Below are positions 25,776 to 32,605 of a stretch of DNA of 32,605 nt, piece after piece; positions within the stretch are counted from its first letter, which is position 1, and every line of letters begins with the position of its first letter. The stretch comes from Verrucomicrobiaceae bacterium (GTDB lineage Bacteria > Verrucomicrobiota > Verrucomicrobiia > Verrucomicrobiales > Akkermansiaceae). The position numbers were made by a program, and so were the translations under genes. The notes under the pieces were generated by a model that was given only the letters and a program-made list of their open reading frames with translations, did no database searches and had not been told where the DNA came from. The DNA lies in contig JAIXVN010000325.1 in NCBI GenBank assembly GCA_027483005.1, positions 1 to 32,605 on the forward strand, given 5' to 3'.

Positions 25776-25818
25776 TTGTGGCGACGCTTTCCAAGCGCCC
25801 GACCGAACTCCATCCCGC

Positions 25819-26796
25819 ATGAACCATCTCGTCTTCCATCTAACAGGGAAACCCACCGCGGTCCTTTCGCTCCAGCCGTTTCACCTCCCTCCCTTGAACG
25901 AAGGCGAGGTCCGCCTGCGCCTGCTGGCAGCCCCGATCAATCCGGCCGACCTCAACACCATCGAAGGCACCTATGGAGTGAAACCAACCCTGCCCGCCAG
26001 CCCGGGCATCGAAGGGGTGGGGGAGGTGATCGAAAGCCGGGATCCATTGTTCGCACCAGGTGATCATGCCATTTTCCTGCGCCGCTCCTCGTCCTGGGCC
26101 ACGCATGCACAGGTCTCCGGCAGCACGCTTTTCAAGCTGCCGGTCGCCCTCGATCCGCTGCAGGCCGCGATGCTGAAAGTGAACCCGGCCACCGCGTGGC
26201 GGCTTCTAACAGGATTTCAACAGCCGCAGCCCGGAGAGTGGATCGTCCAGAATGCGTCGAACTCCGGAGTCGGCCGCTGCGTGATCCAGCTGGCGAAGAC
26301 CCTCGGGATTCGTACGATGAATCTCGTACGACGCGCGGAGTTGGCGGACGAGCTTCGTCGGCTCGGTGCGGATGAAGTCCTCACCGATGACGACGAGGGT
26401 CTCTCCCTGGCAAAGGGCATCCTCGGAACCGAACGCGCCCGTCTCGCCTTCAATGCCGTCGGTGGTGACAGCGCGCTGCGACTGATGAACTTGCTCGACG
26501 AAGGCGGCATCCACATCACCTACGGCGCGATGGGACGCCGACCCCTGACCGTTCCGAACGGCCTGCTCATTTTCAAGGACCTCCAGTTCCGTGGTCTCTG
26601 GGTCTCGCGTTGGATCGAGCATGCGGCGCCTGCCGAAGTCGCCTCGGTCTATGGATTCCTGGCGACGGAGGTGGCTGCAGGCCGACTGGTCCAGCCGGTG
26701 GACTCCACGTTTGCATTGGAGGACTTCACTGAAGCGCTCAGTCGATCCATCGAGAGTGGCCGCGATGGCAAGGTGCTGTTCGATCTCCGGAGTTAG
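25819..26796 (+). CDS. 2-enoyl thioester reductase (MECR/Etr1-like, MDR family)
   Basis: APINPADLNTIEGTY, VNPATAWRLL, QNASNSGVG, TYGAM, LIFKD. Confidence 0.85.
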   Translation: MNHLVFHLTGKPTAVLSLQPFHLPPLNEGEVRLRLLAAPINPADLNTIEGTYGVKPTLPASPGIEGVGEVIESRDPLFAPGDHAIFLRRSSSWATHAQVSGSTLFKLPVALDPLQAAMLKVNPATAWRLLTGFQQPQPGEWIVQNASNSGVGRCVIQLAKTLGIRTMNLVRRAELADELRRLGADEVLTDDDEGLSLAKGILGTERARLAFNAVGGDSALRLMNLLDEGGIHITYGAMGRRPLTVPNGLLIFKDLQFRGLWVSRWIEHAAPAEVASVYGFLATEVAAGRLVQPVDSTFALEDFTEALSRSIESGRDGKVLFDLRS

Positions 26797-26797
26797 C

Positions 26798-26920
26798 CCT
26801 TGGAGTGCGGAGACTTGTCGCCGCTTTCCGGTCGTGGCCACTTGTGGCGGGGCATCGAGCCACATTCCCGTCGGCAAGCCTCCTCCACCCAAAGCGGTGA
26901 CGAGTCGCCGCAGTCCAGGG
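26798..26920. repeat. REP-like inverted repeat element (GGAGTGCG type)
   Basis: Arms 26798-26827 and 26891-26920 are complementary at 25/30 positions; between convergent genes. Confidence 0.8.
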
Positions 26921-26955
26921 CAACTTCAACTGAAGGTAGGGCCGACGTGCGAAGA

Positions 26956-28107
26956 TCACCTCATCGCATCCCTGCACCAGGCCAGGGCCATCAGGGCATA
27001 GCCGGTGCCGTAGGGCTGGTGATAGCTGTAGAGCGGATAGTCCCACCACGATCCATCCTTCTGCTGACGGGCGAGGATGATGGCGGCGAGGCGTTTCGCA
27101 TAAGCGGCCTGCTTCTCCTTCGGCAGAAGCTTTGTGGACTCGGTGAAATAATAGATGCCGTAGTAGTAGAAATACCCCGCGATCTGGAACGGGCCTTCAT
27201 GGGGAACGGGCCGCTCCCGGGTCATGTCGAGAAAGCCCTGGCGATCGAGAAAGCGTTCCGACCACTGGTCGATCACCTCGTCGCTGATGGTCTTGTCGCC
27301 GAAGGCCCTCAGCGCCGCGTTGCAGGCCTGTGACCGCGAAAGTGAGCCCGCCGGGCGGTTGATCGGCGCCCGCGGGGCCATCACATGCTTGTCCGAATAG
27401 ACGTAGGAGAAATCCGGCGTCCTCTGGCGGCCCAACATCGCCACCGCGTGGGCGACGAGCTTGTCATCGAGCTTCACGCCCATCACGCGGCGGGCCTCTT
27501 CCATCGCAAGAAGTACGGTGGCCGTCGTAAAGGAGGTCGGGAGGCCGGAGGGCTTTTGCGTGGCAAGGCCGTCGTAGATGTCGAGGTAACCCCAGCCGCC
27601 GTTCACGTCCTCGTAACGGTTGACCAGATCGACCTGCTCCTGCGCCAACCGGACCCACTCGGCCTTCTTGACGGGGTCGGTCTCCTGCAGCCAGAAACGA
27701 GTCATGGCGCGGAGCCCGTAGGCATGACCCCAGGCGTTGTAGGTGGTGGTCTGCTCGGCGCGGCGGAGCTTCGGCAGTTCCGAGGCCACCCACGCGGCGG
27801 CCTTGGCGAGCGAGGCCTGCACTTCCGGACGCGGATCCTTGCAATCGAGCATCCCGGAAATGGCCAGTCCGCTGGCACCGGCCTTGTAGGCGTGGTGCGC
27901 GCCGGGGATCGGGGCGTAGATGTTGAGGTCCTTGGTCAGCGTCGGATTGCCCCAGGACCCGTTTGGATTCTGGAAGCCAACGAGGAAATCAATGCCGCGC
28001 TTGATCGAGGCGTCCACGCTGGCGGGCGTGACTTCGACCGGCTTCGATTCCTCGAAGGCTTGTGTCGTGATCGCCAGCAGTCCGGAAATGATCAGGGCGC
28101 GGATCAC
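26956..28107 (-). CDS. Secreted prenyltransferase/squalene-cyclase (QW) repeat protein
   Basis: Signal peptide; repeats GIDFLVGFQNPNGSW, NGGWGY, QRTPDFSY, QQKDGSW. Confidence 0.8.
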   Translation of the reverse strand: MIRALIISGLLAITTQAFEESKPVEVTPASVDASIKRGIDFLVGFQNPNGSWGNPTLTKDLNIYAPIPGAHHAYKAGASGLAISGMLDCKDPRPEVQASLAKAAAWVASELPKLRRAEQTTTYNAWGHAYGLRAMTRFWLQETDPVKKAEWVRLAQEQVDLVNRYEDVNGGWGYLDIYDGLATQKPSGLPTSFTTATVLLAMEEARRVMGVKLDDKLVAHAVAMLGRQRTPDFSYVYSDKHVMAPRAPINRPAGSLSRSQACNAALRAFGDKTISDEVIDQWSERFLDRQGFLDMTRERPVPHEGPFQIAGYFYYYGIYYFTESTKLLPKEKQAAYAKRLAAIILARQQKDGSWWDYPLYSYHQPYGTGYALMALAWCRDAMR

Positions 28108-29507
28108 GGGGTGATGATGACTTGTCCGGCCTCGAGACCGGAGAGGATTTCGACGAGGTCACCTGAGACGCGACCCCGCTTGACCGCCCTTGGTCCGGTT
28201 TTTCCATCGGCCAGCTTGACGGTGAGCGTCCAGCCATCCTTGGTGGCATGCAGGGCTGCGGCTGGCACGGCGAGGGCGTTGGGGCTTTCGTACGAGATCA
28301 ATCGTACTTGGGCGTTTGACCCCGGAACAGGGGCGGCGTTGGCCGGCCAGGTGGCGGCGAGGTCAATCCGATAGCGGCCGTCGGTTCCGGGTGTCGGCGA
28401 GATTTTCTCGACCTTGGCGGGGATCACCAGGTCCTCGCGGCCCGGAGCAAGGGCGAATCCGGAGCATCCCTGGGGCAGGGATGCGGCGGTGGCCTCGTCG
28501 GCAAAGGCGGTCAGGATGAGTGGAGAAGCCGCCGGAATGAAGGTGGCGAAAGTTTTTTTCGCCGCGACCTGGCCGGAGGGGATGAGGGCCTTGACGGCTT
28601 CTCCGGTGGACCATTTTCCATCCTCGATCACGCCATGGTAGAACCACCCGTCGGCCGAGGCCTTGATCGGATCGACGAGCTTCCGATCCGCGCCGAGCTT
28701 GGCGAAGTCGTCCTTCTGGCGCTCCAGGGCGATTCTGGCGGAAGCGACTTCAATTTCCTTGAGGCTGATCTGGCGGGGCAGTTCGGTTTCGGCCTTGGCG
28801 AGGGCCATGGCAGCGGACTTCGCGGCCGTGTTCAGCTCCTCGGACTCGCGAGGGATCTCGGTCTCAAGGCTGCGCTTGTGATCAAGCTGTTCAGCATGAA
28901 AGGCGAACTCGGCGGAGGCGACGGCGTCCTTCTGGCGTTTGAGGATGATTTCCTCGGTTTCCTCGGTGAGGTCGTCCGCCTTGTACATCTTCTCCAATTG
29001 GCGGAGTTCCTCCTGCTCGCCTTCCAGGGCCTGTCGGTAGCGCTTGAGGGTTTCCTCAACCCGCTGCTCCTTGATCTTGCGGCTGGTGCTGTTGAAGTAG
29101 GCAAGGTCCTCGGCGGCGTTGCGGGCGGCCCGTTTGGTGGCGTCCAACTTGAGTGTCAGGCTGTCCTTCAGTCCCTTCAGCTCGACCTCTGCCTGCCCGA
29201 GGGAAAGGGTGGCGGAGTCGATGGCACGCTTGCTGTCGTCGAGCTTGCGGTCGATGCCGTCGGTGTCGAACGAGACCAGAACCTCGCCCGACTTCACACG
29301 GCTGCCATGAGCGGCGATGGTCTTGATTTCAAAGGCGGCAAGCGTCTTGGCCTCCAGGCGGAGGGGAGTGCAGGTGCCTGGCAGCGCACCGGTGGCAAGG
29401 GTCCGCTCGATGACGAACGGCTTGCTTTCCACGGTGAGTTCGCCCGCGAGACAGACGGGACCGGAAAGGAGCGGGAGCAAACAGGCGGAGGCAGGTGTCA
29501 GGCGCAT
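28104..29507 (-). CDS. HlyD/RND-type periplasmic adaptor-like protein with long coiled coil
   Basis: Lipoyl-like halves HGSRVKSGEVLVSFD and IKASADG; long helical hairpin; C-terminal VEILSGLEAG; alternative start 29537. Confidence 0.75.
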   Translation of the reverse strand: MRLTPASACLLPLLSGPVCLAGELTVESKPFVIERTLATGALPGTCTPLRLEAKTLAAFEIKTIAAHGSRVKSGEVLVSFDTDGIDRKLDDSKRAIDSATLSLGQAEVELKGLKDSLTLKLDATKRAARNAAEDLAYFNSTSRKIKEQRVEETLKRYRQALEGEQEELRQLEKMYKADDLTEETEEIILKRQKDAVASAEFAFHAEQLDHKRSLETEIPRESEELNTAAKSAAMALAKAETELPRQISLKEIEVASARIALERQKDDFAKLGADRKLVDPIKASADGWFYHGVIEDGKWSTGEAVKALIPSGQVAAKKTFATFIPAASPLILTAFADEATAASLPQGCSGFALAPGREDLVIPAKVEKISPTPGTDGRYRIDLAATWPANAAPVPGSNAQVRLISYESPNALAVPAAALHATKDGWTLTVKLADGKTGPRAVKRGRVSGDLVEILSGLEAGQVIITP

Positions 29508-29536
29508 GGTTCGGATCAATTCGGGGAGTAGCGTCA

Positions 29537-30214
29537 TCAATCCTCGGCTTTGCCTTTTCTGGCGAGCCAGATTGGCTGGAAGCGGGGCTTTCTGGCGGAG
29601 GGAGAGTCGGGCACGAGATGTTCAGCGACGCTGAAGCCGGCGCGTTCGAGGGTGCGTGTGAGGTTGATCCGCTGGCGGGGAGCGGTGATCGCGAGAATCC
29701 CTCCGGCCTGCAGGGCCTCGAAGGCGGCAGTGAGCCAGCGGCGGTTCTCGACGACGGATCTGCCATCCGGACCGATGGGTGCGGTATCTGTGTGGACGAT
29801 GACAGCGTGGAGCGTGCCTGCGTGGGAGGCGAGTCCGCTGACCCCGACGTCCGGTTCATGGGAGACCCGGGGATCGGTGCAGAAGGTCCCTTCAGGAAAA
29901 AACTTCCGCTGCCAGTCAGCGAGGGCCGAGAGGGGCTCCGCGACGATCAGGCTGCCCTTTTTCTGAAGCAAGGCCTCCGAGGCACTGGCCAGCGCCTGAC
30001 CGAGTCCAAGTCCGGCAAACCAGATCTTCGGTTGGCGCACCGGCCGGAATGGGGCACAGGCGAGTCGGGCGCACTCTTGTTCGGCGACCTTCGTGGATGG
30101 CCCGGCGATCTGCTGGCCGCGCACGACCAGTGAGTGGCGGCCATCGTGCTCCTGGAGCTGGAGGGGGGAGCCGTCCGCGAGAAGGGCGTCGGCGAGGGTG
30201 ATGCGGGGTTTCAT
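29537..30214 (-). CDS. Spermidine synthase-like/SAM-dependent methyltransferase-fold protein
   Basis: FAGLGLGQAL glycine loop, VAE acidic residue, DPRV, ALQAGGILA. Confidence 0.65.
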   Translation of the reverse strand: MKPRITLADALLADGSPLQLQEHDGRHSLVVRGQQIAGPSTKVAEQECARLACAPFRPVRQPKIWFAGLGLGQALASASEALLQKKGSLIVAEPLSALADWQRKFFPEGTFCTDPRVSHEPDVGVSGLASHAGTLHAVIVHTDTAPIGPDGRSVVENRRWLTAAFEALQAGGILAITAPRQRINLTRTLERAGFSVAEHLVPDSPSARKPRFQPIWLARKGKAED

Positions 30215-30265
30215 GACGCTTGAAAGCTTGGTGTCTTCAAGGGGCGATAGGGAAGGAGGGTCCCC

Positions 30266-30579
30266 ATGTCCAATGAATCGACAGATGATGTGGCTCCATC
30301 AACCAGGGCTCCGGCGTCTTCCCCCACCGGATCCAGGGCAGGGGCAGCCTCCGGTCTCACCGATGTCCGATGAGGGGCTCGTGGTCGGGATTCCCGGGAT
30401 CGTCCTGGGTGGAATTGGGGTCCACAAGTTCTATTCGCGATACCAGAAGGAGGGAATCATCCAGCTGGGAGGGTTCCTTTGCGGCTTCCGTCGTTGGAAT
30501 TGTGGAAAGGATTCGTGATCTTAGGAAAACGAATGAGGAACCTGATCGCCACGTGGTGGGTCGTAAACCCTGGTTCTGA
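30266..30579 (+). pseudogene. Frameshifted TM2-domain membrane protein
   Basis: GIVLGGIGVHKFY..YQKEGIIQL in one frame and VVGIVE...KTNEE...VVGRKPWF* in another; RBS GGAAGGAGG plus ATG 30266 in a third frame that stops early. Confidence 0.75.
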
Positions 30580-30602
30580 CCGCGACCGCGCGAGCTGGAT
30601 TC

Positions 30603-30633
30603 AAAAGAAGACCCCGGCCGTGGGGCCGGGGTC
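30603..30633 (-). terminator. Terminator downstream of HU gene
   Basis: 10-bp stem GACCCCGGCC/GGCCGGGGTC, then TTCTTTT on minus; second hairpin at 30667-30688. Confidence 0.75.
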
Positions 30634-30695
30634 GTTCATTTGGGGTTTGTCTGATGGGTCTCAATTGGCTCCGGGGTGAACCGGAGCCCAACCGC

Positions 30696-30974
30696 TTAGA
30701 GGGCGGCCTTGAGGGTGGAGGAAGCCTTGAATCCGACCGTCTTCGAGGCGGCAATCTTCATGGATTCGCCGGTCTTCGGGTTGCGACCCTGACGGGCGGC
30801 GCGCTTCTTGACCTCGAAGGTGCCGAATCCGATGATCTGGACTTTCTTGTCCTTGCCCTTGATGCCCTTCACGAGGGCGGCAAGGACGGCTTCAAGGGAC
30901 TCTTCAGCGGCACGCTTGGTGGCGTCTTTTCCGAGGGCGGACTGGATGGCTTCAACAAGTTCTGCTTTGTTCAT
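30696..30974 (-). CDS. hup: DNA-binding protein HU
   Basis: MNKAELVEAI, VQIIGFGTFEV, RQGRNPKTGE. Confidence 0.95.
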   Translation of the reverse strand: MNKAELVEAIQSALGKDATKRAAEESLEAVLAALVKGIKGKDKKVQIIGFGTFEVKKRAARQGRNPKTGESMKIAASKTVGFKASSTLKAAL

Positions 30975-31187
30975 GGCAAGGATGGTTGTGCGAACCCGGA
31001 AGATTGTTGGCAAGAGAAATTCTGACGAAAAATCCCTACGGACGGCTTGACTCCCGGCCCGATTGCCGGACTGCGCAACCGGAACAATCCAGCATTGGCA
31101 AGGGTTCCGGGCGGAATGCGAGATCTGTTAGAGGTTGTTAGATCTCTGCGGCATTGACCGGATGACCGGTTGCGGAGACAAGAATGG

Positions 31188-32531
31188 ATGCCGGAGAAAG
31201 CCCGTGAGGAATTATCCCGTGCGGTCTCCGCGGTCCTGGCGGCTGTCCGCGCGATGCCGGATGCGGTCACCATCGCACCGGAGCTTCAACAGATCGCGAA
31301 CGCCTCGGAGCGCGGCTATTTCCTGCCCGATGAGGATGAGTCCGTGAGACTACGGTATCTCCAGTACTTGAGCGCAAGAGCGGCCTTGTTGGAGATTCCT
31401 GCCATGCTTCTGGACGAGTCGGTCAGGGAGGATTGGCTCGATGAACTGCCGGCCTTCGTCACCGCCTTTGCCGCCGCCTGCGTGCTGATCAGGGCGACGA
31501 GCTTCGTGACCGAACTGGCGGTCGCGAACCCGGTTCTCTGGAAGAAGCTCGACGAGGAGGACCTGCGGGTGGGCCTGCCACGGAAAACCTTCACTGGTCT
31601 CTACCGCTCCTTGGCCTCGCCCGAGTCCCTGGCACGCATTCGCGCCGCTGCGGAGTTCTATGACGAGCATCAGGACCGGATCCGGAAACTGGCTGACGAT
31701 CCGGAGATTGGTCCGGTCGTCGGGCTGCTGGCCACGGAGGCGGGCAGGATTGAAAGACGGAAGCGCGAGGCGGTGAGGCGGCACCTGGTGTATCGCTGGT
31801 TCTCATTTCAACGGCGTCAACGCTCGGCCTGGAGGCAGGTGATGTTCGGCCTGTTCGAAGCGGGAGGATCCGCGATCGCCGAGCTGAGGCAACCGGGAAT
31901 CAAGCCACCGGGCGCTCCCAAGCGGCTCACGCCCGCGCTGCGGGACGAATTGCTCGCCTCGCTCCGACCCGGCGACGTCTGCGTGACCCGGCACGACGAT
32001 GCCTTGAGCAATCTTTTCCTGCCGGGATTCTGGCCGCACGCGTGCTTGTATCTGGGCGACATCGAGGAACGCCGGGCCTTGGGAGTCAGCTTGCCCGGGG
32101 AAAGGGAGGCGCGTTCCGGAGGACAAACCCGCTTTCTGGAATCCAAGAAGGACGGCGTGCGGTTCCGGGCGGCGGAGGAGACGCTGGCCGTGGATGCCTG
32201 CGTGGTGATCCGTCCGGCACTCGAGCGGTCCGATCTGGCCCGGGCGATCGGTCGGGCGATGGAGCATGAGGGGAAACTCTACGATTTCCTCTTCGATTTC
32301 CGGACGAGCGACCGACTGGCCTGCACAGAGGTCATTTACCGGGGCTTTCACGGGATCGGCCCGGTCGCGTTTCAGTTGAAGGAGGTCTCCGGGCGGAAAT
32401 GCCTGCCTGCGGAGGACCTTCTGGATCAGGCTCTCGGCTGCGGCTTCAGGGTCCATGCCACGGTCGGACTCGAGGGGAATCGGGTCCTTTTCGGGGAGGC
32501 GGCGGAACAGGCGCTTCGGGCCACCCGCTGA
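31188..32531 (+). CDS. Permuted NlpC/P60 (YiiX/YebB-like) cysteine hydrolase with N-terminal helical domain
   Basis: LRPGDV, PGFWPHACLY (His), YDFLFD...LACTEVI (Cys). Confidence 0.8.
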   Translation: MPEKAREELSRAVSAVLAAVRAMPDAVTIAPELQQIANASERGYFLPDEDESVRLRYLQYLSARAALLEIPAMLLDESVREDWLDELPAFVTAFAAACVLIRATSFVTELAVANPVLWKKLDEEDLRVGLPRKTFTGLYRSLASPESLARIRAAAEFYDEHQDRIRKLADDPEIGPVVGLLATEAGRIERRKREAVRRHLVYRWFSFQRRQRSAWRQVMFGLFEAGGSAIAELRQPGIKPPGAPKRLTPALRDELLASLRPGDVCVTRHDDALSNLFLPGFWPHACLYLGDIEERRALGVSLPGEREARSGGQTRFLESKKDGVRFRAAEETLAVDACVVIRPALERSDLARAIGRAMEHEGKLYDFLFDFRTSDRLACTEVIYRGFHGIGPVAFQLKEVSGRKCLPAEDLLDQALGCGFRVHATVGLEGNRVLFGEAAEQALRATR

Positions 32532-32580
32532 AGCCGCGCGATCCGCCACAAGGCACGCATTATCAAACCCTCTACGGAGC

Positions 32581-32598
32581 TTGTGAAATTTTTCACAA
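32581..32598. promoter_or_regulatory. Rex operator (ROP)
   Basis: TTGTGAA-ATTT-TTCACAA, exact match to the TTGTGAA-N4-TTCACAA Rex consensus; intergenic. Confidence 0.75.
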
Positions 32599-32605
32599 AT
32601 AGGCC

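Noticed and set aside
25429-25818. N-terminal extension of the enoyl reductase ORF
   Set aside because: Overlaps gdhA in another frame and is low-complexity; true start is probably ATG 25819.
511-32549. Many long antisense or alternate-frame ORFs (e.g. 511-1548, 9702-10637, 16770-17942, 19467-20564, 24447-25607, 27385-28374, 31803-32549)
   Set aside because: Shadow ORFs of well-supported genes, expected in GC-rich DNA.
1-32605. CRISPR arrays, tRNA/rRNA, transposases, prophage or defence systems
   Set aside because: None seen on reading either strand.

Overview
GC-rich bacterial chromosomal segment. The protein sequences and a GGAGTGCG-type REP element suggest Verrucomicrobiota (Luteolibacter/Haloferula-like); this is inference. 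The window is mostly housekeeping: ribD, pyrE, rpmA-rplU, tsaE, an SDR, pdhA/pdhB/pdhC, cdd, mnmG, a thioesterase, htrA, OmpA and M23 proteins, queA, a GH-GT2 fusion, gdhA, a 2-enoyl reductase, HU and a permuted NlpC/P60 protein. I found no RNA genes, transposases or CRISPR arrays. Signals not visible in the ORF track: (1) three parS centromere sites, two in-frame inside mnmG (E-F-H-V-E-Q/L), implying an origin-proximal region; (2) a 24-aa micro-lipoprotein ORF (predicted mature CCCLF) that mirrors the N-terminus of the adjacent Cys-rich lipoprotein, the pair splitting the PDH cluster; (3) a 43-aa entericidin-like lipoprotein; (4) two sigma54-type promoters and a perfect Rex operator; (5) a probable atypical kinase, an exported protein with a degenerate Lon-protease domain, a frameshifted TM2 pseudogene and a REP-like inverted repeat.
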